A DNA stretch of 63,203 nt, the filler included, from Reticulomyxa filosa (taxonomy: Eukaryota; Protista; Foraminifera): assembly GCA_000512085.1 (NCBI GenBank). It is 20 parts of 20 records of this genome, joined end to end, with 100 filler letters (N's around TTAATTAATTAA, not from the genome) between each part and the next. Parts side by side here need not be neighbours in the genome. Positions count along the whole stretch, not along the records: positions 1 to 9,421 come from ASPP01005160.1; positions 9,522 to 10,694 come from ASPP01034104.1; positions 10,795 to 11,863 come from ASPP01022261.1; positions 11,964 to 14,157 come from ASPP01003066.1; 16 more parts are not named here. The stretch is one strand, 5' to 3'. The notes beneath the pieces were generated by a model, which was not told where the DNA came from, made no database searches, and saw nothing but the letters and a program-made list of their open reading frames with translations. A program made the translations under genes and the position numbers. Numbering within the stretch: the first letter of the stretch is position 1; each line of letters begins with the position of its first letter. Of this stretch, positions 1 to 12,759 are shown one piece after another.

Positions 1-82
1 AAAAAAAAAAAAAAAGGGAGGGGAAAAAAAAGAATTTTTTTTTTTTTCTTTTAAAAAAAAAAAACTTGGAATGAATTGTCAG

Positions 83-478
83 ATGACGGCGGCGACACCG
101 GGTTTTTGAATAGCTATTTCAATGACTGGTACCACGGGATGCCGAAAGAAAGTCGGCTGGACTTTGGCTGGAATGCTCAGAGAATCATGGAATGGTACAC
201 TCGAGACAAACCCGCGTATTGGGACCATATCGCACCCAGAGTCAGGATCCTACACTTTTCAAGCTCGCCCAAAGTTTGGGATATCCCCGCGTCCCAACGC
301 ATTTCCAATCGTCTTCATCGACAATGGCATTCTCTTCATTTCGATCTTTTTCATAACAATAATAATAATAATAATAATAATAATGACAATGACAATAATT
401 GGCTTTGTCAATTTGTTTCCAATTCTTTTAAGTTTGAACTTATTTTATTTTATTTATGTAATTTATATATGTATACGT

Positions 479-515
<37 letters not shown>

Positions 516-1793
516 AAGTCGGAATTGAAAAACAATACGTTGAATGCCAAGTCGTACTTTGACAATTGGTCGCGATTGAAATGGAAGAAATTGATGACCA
601 AAAGAGAGATAGTCTTTGGCAAGATGTTGAAAGACGAGGCTGCAGAGCGATCGATTTGTAACGATTTGCAGACGCGATTTGATGAGCAGTTTAAAAGTCG
701 TGTCGACGATGACAAAGTGATGAATAATACTATTAATCATAATGATGATGATGATGATGATGACGGAAAGAGTTGGACAGATATTCCTAAGCGGATTCAT
801 CAAATTTGGTTGGGAGATAAGGCAATCCCAGAGTGTTATTTGACTTGGCAACAAGAATGGAAGCAAAAGCATCAAGGCAATTGGGAGTATTACTTTTGGG
901 ACGATGAGCATGTGAAGCTGCTGTTTTCGGGCGAGTTGACTCTGCCATTGCTGTCATCTTGTTCGAAGGACAACGATGATGGCAAGACAATGTTGAATGC
1001 ATTGCAGCAAATGTGGCCCATTTGTGACAACTTTGGCGAACAATCTGACTTGCTGCGATTGTTTTTGTTGTATCAATTTGGTGGAGTTTATATCGACATG
1101 GACTTTGAGTGCATTTTGCCTTTGGATGTGTTGTTTCAATCCTTGCTTGATGGTCATTCACGACGTCCATGTCAGCTGTATTCGTTCATGATCGGGTTGA
1201 GCAATACCTCATTGTTTGAAGTGAACAATGCTTTCATGGCGTCCAAACCTTTCCATCCTTTTATCAAACACCTTTGGGATAATTTGGATATGAAGGATCC
1301 GCAGGAACAAGGACAACGACATTTGGTGAGCACCATTTGGAAAACGGGACCCGTCTATGTGTCCATTCAGCTGTGGAAACATTGGAATGATCGGTGGAAA
1401 CAATCGACAGACATACTTGTCTTGCCGACGTCCGTACTCTATCCTTTCCCTAATCACATGCGACATCTGCTGCCCTACACTGATCGCTATGCCTATGTTC
1501 AGAAATCCACTGTCGCTATTCATCACTGGGGAGTGTCTTGGATCGATGCCAAGGTCCATCGTCACAATGAGGGCAAACCGCACAAACAAATAAGCGCAAG
1601 TATAAATACTGATACAAATGCAAACACAAATGCAAATGTAAAGATAAATAAAAAGGAACAACCAACAGAACAAAAACAAGATAATCGCTCAAACAAAAAT
1701 ACTAATGATAATGTGTTAGCAAAATTGTTCAACAGTAATAATCCAAACATTACCAATGCTTTTCAAAAAAATTTATTAGATTTTTTGGGATAA
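83..1793 (+). CDS. 5'-truncated two-domain glycosyltransferase: GT8 (glycogenin/PGSIP-like) C-terminal part fused to a GT32 (SUR1/OCH1-like DxD) domain; exons 83-414 and 519-1793
   Basis: GT8 motifs DGGDTGFLNSYF and LHFSSSPKVW. GT32 motifs IPKRIHQIWLG, SDLLRLFLLYQFGGVYIDMD, TGPVY and HHWGVSW. A phase-0 GT(415)..AG(518) intron joins them in frame. Confidence 0.8.
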
Positions 1794-2263
1794 CAAAAAA
1801 AGAAATTTGTACTAGTTTATATGGATTGGTAAAATAACAATTGTCTGTCTTTTTTTCTCTTTTCGATTCCAAGCAAATGAAAATAACAATCCAATGAGTG
1901 CAATTATCAACAACAAATAAAACACACAACCCTTTTTAATGCAAAACTACACACAGACAATAAAAACGCAACATTCACATATCAAAAAAAAAAATTTAGA
2001 AAAATCATTAAATATAATGTAATGGTGCAAAATAAAAAAGTTGTAATTGGAAAAAAAAATTAAATGAAATTTGAAATATTGAAGATTGTAGGTATTTTTA
2101 AAAAAGTTTGAAAAAATATTAATTTTTCGTGCAGAAAATTGATCATATTTATAAGATGCTATTTCTTATATCGTGACTTTTGTCAATACTTGTATTGCAG
2201 GAGAAATTTATTTGATTTAATTGAAGAGAATCAAATTAGTCAAAAGATTTTTTTTGTTAGAAA

Positions 2264-3666
2264 CTATCCCCAAATACAAACAGAACCATATTGTGAACCA
2301 TAACATAGATTAATACTGTAACAATCAAAATTACTTTTATTTTTCTTTTTCAATTGTAGAAACTTAAGACAATATATTCCGTTATCTTCTTTATCTCCAT
2401 TGATTATATACAATGTATTCTTATTTGATCGAATGTCCCAAAATCGAATTGTATTATCTGCTGATCCAGAACATATTACATTGGACATAACACCAACTTC
2501 AACATTATGTACAAAAGGAGAGTAGTCAATAGCCCATACACCGTCTGTATGTCCAATGAACGCTTGGATTTGTTGACCAGATCGAATATCCCATAAACGA
2601 ACAATTTTATCTATTGATCCAGATAATATTGTATTTGTGCCACCAATAATTCCTAATTCATTTGATCCATATTTTACACTTCTCACTGTATCGCTATGTC
2701 CTTTAAGTACAATGGACTGTTCAGTTGTTTCAATATCCCATATGCGAATTGTGTTATCAAATGATCCAGAACAAAATGTATATCCATTACCACCAATCAC
2801 ACCAATACTATTACTTTCATTATTATTTTTGTTATTGTTTTGTAATGGTGAAATATCAACACACCAAACACTATCTTCATGTCCATTGAAAACATGTAAT
2901 GATTTTGATGTTTCAACATCCCATAAACGAATAGTTCTATCAGCAGATCCAGAACACAAATATCTACCACCATTAAATGGTGAAAATTCTATTCCAGTAA
3001 TACATTCAGTGTGCTCTTTAAATATTTGTAATTGTTGATCGTCTTAATATCCCAAAAGCGAATGGTTTTATCTTCTGATGAAGAACAAATGACATTACGA
3101 CGATACTTATGATAATGATATAGTGAAAATTTCACAAAATATACTGCATTTGAATGTTTATCAAATGATCGAATTTGTTCGCTGTTTTCAACATTCCATA
3201 CACGAACTGTGTGATCATCTGATCCTGCACAAATGAGCTGACAATTATCAAATATCGAACAATCAACACTATTCACCCAAACTGTATGTCCAGTGAATGT
3301 TTTGAGTAATTTAGATGATTGACAAAACGAGTCAAACATAAATGTAGTGGCTGCCTGTGTTAAACGGTTATAATGAAAATAAATATTTGAACATTCTGTT
3401 TGTCATTAATGAAAAACAAAACAAATAAACATAACATAATTGACAACAAGTTTGTCAAAATCAGATATCCATCCCAATTTAATGTTTAATGTTCGAATCC
3501 AATGTGCAATAACAATTTGGATTTCTTCTTCTTTTGACTGATTCAATCATAAATAATATACAATACATTGTAACAAGACAAAGACAACCCCTTTTGGAAA
3601 GATTAAAAAGAAACTTACTAATGATTGCTGTGTTGAGATCTGTCTTTCATTAGTCAAAGTAGTCAT
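2264..3666 (-). CDS. WD40-repeat protein of an expanded family, with a 1-nt frameshift near 3045 (pseudogene or sequencing error)
   Basis: Repeated GH...CSGSxDxTIRxWD units. Short upstream exons MTTLTNERQISTQQSL / SKEEEIQIVIAHWIRTLNIKLGW and a C-terminus LCYGSQYGSVCIWG. Confidence 0.85.
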
Positions 3667-4699
3667 TCTTTCAGCAAGTTTTGAGATGACATAAAAAAAA
3701 AATGTGTGAAGTTTGATTGAACGATGTACGAGTACTCTTGTTAAAGAAACAATAAACAATTTTTAAAAAATTTATTTGAAATTTAGTATATCATTTTACT
3801 ACAGATAAACCTTGTATCAATTGCTCCACTATTACATTGAATTGTTATTGCAGCAGGTTTACAAATGCAAACGAAAACAGTATAATGTAATATCCCATAT
3901 AATGAAAAATCTAAATTATTAAACATCTTGGACACGAGAATAAAATTCTTTTTTTGATTGTGTTTAACGTATCCATTAAAATATTTCGATCATAAAGAAA
4001 TATTTTTACAATCTCCAAAAGATTTTTAAACATATTTCAGTTAAAAAAAATTACACTTAGAATGTTAAGTCAAACAAAAAAAAAAATATCTTTCTCAAAT
4101 CAAGACCTCATCGATTTAGGAATGGCCTTTACCTGTGGTGGTAAACATTCAAAAAAAAAATAGTAACTTCTTCTATTTGAGGACGAGCAAAAAATGAACA
4201 AACAATAAAAAAACTCTTAAAACTTTTTTAAAGTAAAGTTTTTTGTGTTTAAATATAAATCTGAACATTGCAAAAATTGGAACCAAGACATTCAAAAAGA
4301 TTGTTTCCATTTATTCTTTTTGGCATCTCAATTGTAAAGATATTTTCATTTTTTAATGACACAAAACAAATTAAAACATAAATTTGAAATTACAAATTAA
4401 AAAAAGTATTGCTGGCAAAAACAAAACGTTCAAAACAAAAAGGAAATCTCTTATGAATGAATTTTTTTGTAATTGCAAACTCTGTTAGTTGTTCTATCTA
4501 ATAATTAACTTTTTCTTCTTGTCTTTATCTTTTTCATCAAAGCGAAAACGGTATTTATGGCTTTTCTTTGTGTGGTCCTTAAAGTTCTTTCTGACCGTTT
4601 TCGTAACTAACAGAGTTTTTGTTGGTATCTTTGTAAACGTGCATGTATTGTTGTCCCAGTTGCTACACTTACATTGTTTTTTTTGCATACAAACTTGGA

Positions 4700-5860
4700 G
4701 AAACAAAGCTTATGAGACTTTGCATAGCAATAAGACGGCGAATGACAGTAATGTAAATGAACACAGCGCACTCCAAGACTTATTGCATTTGATGAAACAA
4801 AATATAGACAACATCACCAGTACTCCATGACAGGTGGAAGCAGCAATCTCGATTGGACCGATGAAGATACGTACTTTTAATATTTTGTCAGATTAAGTAT
4901 GGATTGGATTTGAATCAAGACTTTACATACATTGCATGAGTCATTCCGGAAGCGACAAATGAAGGCAGTTTAGACTCTTTTCGACGTGTGAAAAAAGTTA
5001 GCTTTCTTGCGATCTAAGTTAACCCATTTCGTTTGGATGTACCAATTTATATTATTTCGAAAATGCAGGCGTTGATGTTGGATCCCATGGCGACTGTCGT
5101 CTTACAAATTTCACAAACATTATGACAACGGTTCGAATGTCACAATCTATCGGATCATCGATTGCGAATTGTGATTAGACAATTTAGAATTTGCATGCAT
5201 ATCACAATATGCTGAATATACTGTTCAATTACGACGACAATTTCCCATTTAAACTGAAACTGAATATGAAAGTGGGCAACTTGTACAATAATGGATTCCA
5301 CGTTCATATGGACTATATCACTGTAAAAATTTTGGATGCTCCTTGGACCAATCATGTATTCCCAGTCCGCTTGACCCCGAATTTGAAAGATTTCTTGGAG
5401 CCCAATTTTGTTGATAGTGTGTTGGAACAACCCTTTCTGTCCATTGCCACCTCTTTGAATCACTATCGCTGTTATTTGAGACATTTATTGCTCTTGTTCT
5501 TACGGGATGAGTATTTATATCGCAAGAATTGGACCGGGTTTTGAAAGTACAGCCCTTGGTTAATCAGGCTTTCATCAATAAAAAAAAGCATTTTTTATCA
5601 GCAACAAATGCAAGACAACGTACAATCCACATTACAGCGTTTGAGTGGCTTGGCTATTTCTTATGGTTAAAGAGAAGTTCTTGAGAAATGTATGTACGAT
5701 GGATTCATTTCCAAAAGTGTCCGGGACCATTACATCAACAAAGCCAAATCATATCGGGTCTGTCGTTAATTTGGAACAATTACAATCAAATGCCAATAAT
5801 TCAAATAATGAACGTTATACCAATGCGTATTTGGCTGATAGCCCATTGATCAAAAAGTAA
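4700..5860 (+). pseudogene. Degenerate coding-like region of unknown family
   Basis: Higher GC than its flanks, with codon-like segments (ORFs 5191-5544 and 5645-5860) broken by stops and frame changes. No recognisable motif. Confidence 0.3.
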
Positions 5861-7340
5861 TCAACCATTCAAAGCTTGAGTTCATCTGGGGCTTATTGCC
5901 AAATGCCTCTGTCTTGTGATCCTTTTTTTTAGAACAGGTGAAAAATTAATAATAATAACGATTTTGGTTGAAAGTGTTGATATATCTTGCAAATGTTGGG
6001 AGCAGAATATTTTCTTATTAATATTTACATCGAACTGTGCTTGAAAAATATATTATCATATAACCATTTTTACTCTAGTACATTTCAATCGATTGGTTCT
6101 TTATGAAATATCTTCATGCAAAAACAGATAACAATTGAATATAATAACTTTTTCCTTTCAACAAAATCATTGCATTCACAAAATTTGTTACACTTGCAAA
6201 CAAATAATACTCACTGCTAATACCCAAACACTCAATTTCAAACGTTTCATAAAAAAGTTGTCATTTTGTCCTGACAGTACTGTTGGAAGATTAAATTTGT
6301 GTCAAATATGATGTTTTCTTTTTTTCTTATGTTATTATTTGCATATACGGAAAAAGAGAATATCTTTCAATGACAAGTTTCTCTCAAAAATTAAAATGTG
6401 TTATATTACATTTGAGTATTAATCGAAGTATTTCTAAAACCACAAATGGTTGATCAAAAAATTTAGAAAATATTTAGTTGACTCTTTTATGTTTTTGAAT
6501 AAGCCAATCAATGAAAAATGATGAAATACATAAATGCAAATCATCAGTCAAATACATATATTCAGTAGAAGATTCTCCAAAACAGAAGATGCAATGTTCG
6601 GTTGATAGTCCCAATTTTATCATAAGTCTTCTTCAATTTTTTAGTGTTTTCATAATGTCAATTAAAAAGAAACTACTAATAACGACAAAAACTAAAACTT
6701 TCACTTGTAGCTACGAGAAACGTCATCACTATTCCTTAACAAGAATAAGCATGTATTGAAACTTTTTGTTTGTTCACAAAAAATAAACATTACATCTTCG
6801 AAAATAAAAAAAATGGAACTAAGCTACCCTTTGTAACACTTTGTTTTTGTCACTTTTTTTAAAATAGTTGATGTGACATTTACTACAATGCCTGATTACT
6901 TTTTTTATTTGTTTGCATATCAATGCACAATTAAAAAAGGGAAAAAATTCCATGGCTGATTGTGTTTAAATTCAATCAAGTGATACATACACAAATTACC
7001 GTTGCCTTGCAAGTATGCTTATCTTAATGCAAATATTGAAAACTCCTAACAATTTCAATTGCCTCCATCCATTTTTAAACTTAATGAGAAAGAAAAAATG
7101 TTTGGTCTGAAAGCAAACTTTTTGTTCACAACTTTGTTTGGAAATGGGGGAGGGTAAAGGAGGTATTAGTAAAGTAAGTTTTAGAAACACTTGAGTTCTC
7201 ACACTTTTTTTGAGCACAGTCGGGTTGGATTTGAATCGGATTGATAACAGATGAGCATAATATAGCAAAAAAAATTAGTTGATGTTTATAAAGCACAGAA
7301 ATAATCGAAATGACGAGCGACAAGAAAGGTAGAATTGTAC

Positions 7341-9421
7341 TCACAACTGAAAAGTAGTATTGTATTTTTCTTCTGGATAAAACTCCGCACGAATTTGGTT
7401 ATTGCCAAACCATCCTTTTGAATATTGTATTGTTTGTTTGTTTGTTTGTTTGTTTGTTTGTTTATGTATGAGTGTATTTGAGTAATGTTTTGTTATGGAG
7501 TGATCATTATTCAATTCAATTCAATTCAATTCAAACAAAAAAGAATATATCTTGTTATCCTAACTTCCGTTGAGTTGTTTGACAACGGCCAAGGCTTGAT
7601 CAGCACCTCCTAATTTGACATAAACAAATCCTCCTCGACTCGTTTTGTCAACAAAGATATGAGCCAATTGTCCCAATTTCCCAACTTCGACACTGACATC
7701 TTCTCGAATTTCCAAGTCAAAATCGGGATTTTCTTCCGTCATCGGATCAAAGAGATTGGACAAGAGCAAGCACCTCGAGGGCGTGCCAAGTTGTTGTTCT
7801 TGTTGTTTTTGAGTGTACAGTTGTTGTTGGTAATGGATGGGAGGTTGGATATGTGACGGTAAGCCCGTGGCTTCACTCATTGGATTGGAAATGGACGTGG
7901 TGTTCAGCACATTGCTCGTCCCACTTCCGCTGTTCGTGTTCGACCCAATATTCGAATCGGGGATTTCCATTGTGCCCCTGGCTAGTTTTCTCATCAGCGA
8001 CAACTTGGCCTGTGATGTCAATGCCAGTCCTGCGTTGCCGTCGTGATGCGTTAAAGGTTCATCCAAATCATCTGTCGGAAGAGCATCTATTTTTTAAAAA
8101 AAGGATATTTTTAAAAAAAAACAACAATAACCAATGAATTAAATTAAATTAAATTAAATTAATTTAATTTAATTTAATTTGATTAATTAAAAAAAAAAAA
8201 AAAAAAGATCATTGATAACCATAAGCATGTCCTCCTTCATTTTCTTTGGAGCTGGAAGCAGCATTGCTATAGTTATTGGTAAGTTGTGCGTTGACATGGG
8301 CTTGTGTTTGCGAGGGGTCGCTGGGCGCCACTTTGATTTTTTGTCCCAAGATTTCGAGTCCGTTCAATTGGTTCATGGCGGTGATGGCATCGGATTCGTA
8401 CTTGAACTCGACAAAGCCATAGCCGCGGGACTTGCCGCGATGGTCTTTTTTCAGTTCCAACGACAGTACTTCGCCAAAGGCGCTAAACACAGGGTGGATG
8501 TCTTCCTCCGTCATTTTCGAATGGAAGTTGCACACATACAAACGCATAGGTTTGGCTGTTATTCCATGCTCGTGATGATTCTTATCATTATTGCTTCGCG
8601 TGTGGTCGCTTCGGCTTGTCATGTCGCGGTCCATAGTTCGACCATTTTCATTTTCGTCCACACGCATCACTTCGTCTCTGCTCTTATCGGGTTGTGTCAG
8701 TTGTACCGATATCGGATAGCCACTCAACGACTGTCCCGACAATGCCAATGCCGATGGAATCGACGATTTGTCTTCAAATTCCACATAACAAAGGCTATCA
8801 AAAAAAAACAAAACAAAACATGCAACACTACTTTTTTTTTTTAATTTAATAAAAAAAAAAATAATAATAATAATAAGACCCTTTGCAAAAAGTTCAAAAA
8901 AACTTTTTTAAAACCCCCCCCTTTTTTTTTTTTCAATAAATAAATAAGTAAATAAATAATAATAATAATAACATACCCTTTGGATTTGAACGTTCGATTG
9001 TCTCGGATTAAGTCAATATCAACAACTCGACCAACGCTACTGAAAAACAAGAATATATCTCTTTCGTCACACTTGGGATGAATTTGACATGCGAATATTG
9101 TCTTTTGATCCTTTTCGGCGTCGTAGTAGTCTCTGTCTCGGTCTCTATCTCTGTCGCGATCTCTATCCCTATCGCGCTCTCTATCGCCTCCTCTGTCTCT
9201 CTCCTTATCTCTTTCTCGCTCTCGATCTCCTCCTCCGCCTCCTCCCCCTCCTCCCCCTCTGTCCCGTTCGCGTCCTCTGTCTCTGTCGCGGTCGCCTTTC
9301 TCTTTGTCTCGATCTTCTGTCGGCTCTGTCCCATTGTTTGCAAACTCGCGATCGTTATCGTCTCGGTAGTATCGTTCTCGGTATTGCGCACTGTAACGAC
9401 GGTCCCTTTTTTTTTTTTTTT
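7341..9421 (-). CDS. RBM39: RBM39/CAPER-like splicing factor (RS/RD region, two RRMs, linker, C-terminal UHM); multi-exon, 5' end cut by the contig edge
   Basis: RD/RS-rich exon ~9060-9400. RRM RNP1 KSRGYGFVEF, linker LALTSQAKLSLMRKLAR, UHM SRCLLLSNLFDP...GFVYVKL, last exon WFGNNQIRAEFYPEEKY..stop at 7341. Confidence 0.88.
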
Positions 9422-9521
9422 NNNNNNNNNNNNNNNNNNNNNNNNNNNNNNNNNNNNNNNNNNNNTTAATTAATTAANNNNNNNNNNNNNNNNNNNNNNN
9501 NNNNNNNNNNNNNNNNNNNNN
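9422..9521. other. Artificial contig-joining spacer (44 N + TTAATTAATTAA + 44 N), first of 19. Others start at 10695, 11864, 14158, 15454, 23796, 24998, 26510, 30536, 31934, 34121, 37351, 38771, 46172, 50537, 53955, 55406, 59750 and 60882.
   Basis: Identical 100-nt structure each time. The palindromic core gives stop codons in all six frames, and composition and gene content change abruptly across each spacer. Confidence 0.98.
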
Positions 9522-9836
9522 TCATCGTCATCATCAGAGCTATATTCATCATCTTCATCGTCCTCACTGTCACTGTCATTCTCGTTCTCATTTTCATTTT
9601 CATCCTTATCCTCATTATCGTCCTCGTCCTCCTTTTCGTCCGATTTGATAACCACGCGAATTAATATTTCGGACAACAGTCCCTCTCTCGCCAGTTGCGA
9701 CAGAATCATTGATCGCTTCAATCTTGTCAGCGAGCTAATCGTCAGACTTTTGCTCGTCTGATTTGTTTTTGAGCCAAGCAAGCATATGAATGTGTATTGC
9801 AATAAAGAACACAAACGTAGATTGAAATCCTACAAG

Positions 9837-9869
<33 letters not shown>

Positions 9870-10530
9870 ATCCGATTTCAAAAAAAAAAAAAAAAAAACA
9901 AAACTCCTAATATATCTTCAATATTTTTCTTATGTTTGAACATCGCAATCAATCCCGACTGCTCTAGTTTTTGACCACCGATCCAAATGATCAGCAACAG
10001 TTTTTTTCTTTTTGCTATGTGTCCATATTGAAAGTTGAGCATGCAGTACCTCAACTCGTTCATTTTTTTCAAGTGTGCGGCCAGCGTAAAAATGCCACCG
10101 GAGCCGCAGCATTCCACGGTTATTTTTTTCACGCCACGACGGACAGATTCGAATTTGAACACTGCCCAGTCCAAAGGATGTGAACTCTCCGACTCACGGC
10201 CAGAGTCTATGGCGTTGGTCGGAGGAAGAGGAGGAGTAGGAATAGGAGTAGGAGTAGAGCTAGGGGTCGAAGCTGTGACACTAGGATGGGGATGAGGATG
10301 AGGATGAGGATGGCCCGCGTGTTTCGTTTTACGAATTGTTGACACTACTTTTATAAATTTGGGATCATTCAACAATAGATCCCACTGTTTCGGGGCTTTT
10401 TTTTTTTTCAAATTTTTGTTTTGGACATTTTTCACTCGAATCTGTTGATGCGCCTCTAAAAACTTTCCATCACGATACGATTCCAATATTTTTTGTAGTC
10501 CTTTGTGTTGTAATCTTTCGCTTACCGTAT
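9522..10530 (-). CDS. Fragment of an ADF-homology (cofilin/coactosin/drebrin-like) domain protein
   Basis: DWAVFKFE...CGSGGIFTLAAHL...RYCMLNF...KLLLIIWIG...HKKNIEDILG fits the ADF-H pattern. Flanked by Pro/His-rich and acidic stretches. Confidence 0.6.
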
Positions 10531-10657
10531 GTACCGGGATATTCTTTATTCAAAAAAAAAAAAATTTTAAATATTTGTATATTACACATGTTTATACATG
10601 TTGTTGTATACGTATACAAACATATACATGTACATATTGTATAAGATATTTATACAC

Positions 10658-10694
<37 letters not shown>

Positions 10695-10794
10695 NNNNNN
10701 NNNNNNNNNNNNNNNNNNNNNNNNNNNNNNNNNNNNNNTTAATTAATTAANNNNNNNNNNNNNNNNNNNNNNNNNNNNNNNNNNNNNNNNNNNN

Positions 10795-11790
10795 AAAAAA
10801 AACAAGTACGTACTTAGTGGGAACTACTGGTAGGACAAAGAGTAGGTCTACACGAGCTGGCCTTCTTGTTGGAAAATGAGTTAATTTTTTTGTAAGTAAT
10901 TGTGTTGGAAGTCTAGTTGGTGTCTTTGTTGATAACAATGTTGGCATCCTATTTAATCATTTTTGTCATCCAATGCATTTTTATAAAAATTATAAAAAGA
11001 ATGGAGTGTGTATGTAATATCACAAACTAAACAAACAAACATTTACTTGATTGGCAATCTCGTTGGTACTCTTGTTAAAACATTGGTTGATCTTCTTGTT
11101 GGTAAGAGTGTTAGTAATAAAGTTGGAACCTTGGTGGGGACTCTGGTAGGACAACGAGTATGTCTACGAGTTCGCCTTCTTGTTAGTATCTTTTTTGGCA
11201 ATAACATTGGTACCTTATTCAATCATTTTTATACAAATCATAAAAATAATGGAGTTTGTATGTAATCACAAACAAATACTTACTTGGAGGCAATCTCGTT
11301 GGCGCTCTTGTTGGTCGTTTGGAATATTGTTTTGTTGGAGCTTTGGTTGGTCTTGTGGGATCATTGATTGGTCTTGTTGAAGCATTGATTGGTCTTGCTG
11401 GAACATTTGTTGGTCTTGCTGGAACATTGATGGATCTTGTTGGAGCATTGATTAATTGTTGGAGTATTGATTGGTCTTGCCGGAATATTGGTTGATCTTG
11501 CTGGAACATTGGTTGGTGTTGCTGGAACATTGGCTGATCTTGTTGGAGCATTGATTGGTCTTGTTGGGATATTGGTTGGTCTAGTTGGAACATTTATCGA
11601 TCTTGTTGGAGCATTGATTGGTCTTGCTGGAACATTGATTAGTCTTGCTGGAGCATTAGCTGATCTTGTTGGAAAATTGATTGGTCTTGCTGGAACATGG
11701 ATCGATCTTGTTGGAGCATTTGATTGGTCTGAGCATTGGTTGACCTTGTTAGAACATTCATGTTGGTGTTGTTGGTAACAAGGTTGGAGC
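10795..11790 (-). CDS. Pro/Thr-rich tandem-repeat (mucin-like) protein fragment; frameshifted, multi-exon
   Basis: Heptad repeats PTRPINA/PARPINV followed by PTxx repeats, with GT-AG introns on the minus strand near 11283-11211 and 11046-10949. Confidence 0.55.
11355..11725. repeat. Imperfect 21-bp tandem repeat (consensus TTGGTCTTGCTGGAACATTGA), about 17 units
   Basis: Directly visible periodicity, giving 7-aa repeats in several frames. Confidence 0.9.
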
Positions 11791-12759
11791 CTATGTTTAA
11801 AAAACAAAAAACAGAGTCATTTGTTTTATAACATTTTTATTCAAAAAACAAGAAAGAAATGATNNNNNNNNNNNNNNNNNNNNNNNNNNNNNNNNNNNNN
11901 NNNNNNNTTAATTAATTAANNNNNNNNNNNNNNNNNNNNNNNNNNNNNNNNNNNNNNNNNNNNCTCTCACTGTGCTGATTCTCTGTGCCGGTGTTTGCTT
12001 TATGATGATTCACACGTACGTTGTAAAGAAGATCAATCAGATCCTCGTCTTGTCCCTTTTTTTTCTTATTATTTCATTTTCTTTTTATTTTTCCTTTTTT
12101 CTTTTTATTATTACAATTTTTTTTTTATTATTTTTTTTCCTCTACTATTACTTTATTATTCCCTTTTTCCACACCCCAAAGAAATTATACCTAATTTTTT
12201 TTTTTGCTGCACCGGATACCTATACTCAGACACAAACAAAGTTAAACTTTATATTTTTAAAAAAAAACAAAAATATTCATAACTATTATATGTTAGTCAC
12301 GACCCAACTCCATTTCTTTTCCTATGATAAACACTTCAAATCCTTTTTGTTTTTGTTAATACATACACAAATATAGACATTTCGTTTGAGGGGAATTCCT
12401 ATTTCATGACAATCACAAACATTTTACAACAAAGGTATACATACATAAATAAAAAACATATACAAACCTTTTTGTTTTTTGAAAACGTTGTGGACTTCAA
12501 CCCCATTTTTTTTTTTGTGTGCGTGGGTGGGGGACATATATTAATTAAATCTTGGCGTGACGGGGAACCTATTAATACAACATACTACATTAAATATATT
12601 TTTAAAAAACACAAATAGGACAAACCATTTTTTCTCCTTGCGGAGACAGGGGTGGTTGCTACCCCATATTCTTTTCTTCATTTCATTCAATTTGATTGTT
12701 CTATTACAAACAACCACACAAGATATAGTTATAAATTGAATATAAATGAGATACAAAAG

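Noticed and set aside
7430-8190. Simple repeats (GTTT, TCAAT, AATTA/TTAAT; TA-repeats elsewhere) as telomeric or functional elements
   Set aside because: They are short intronic microsatellites found throughout the window.
11355-11725. CRISPR-like array
   Set aside because: The units are contiguous and degenerate with no unique spacers, and there are no cas genes.
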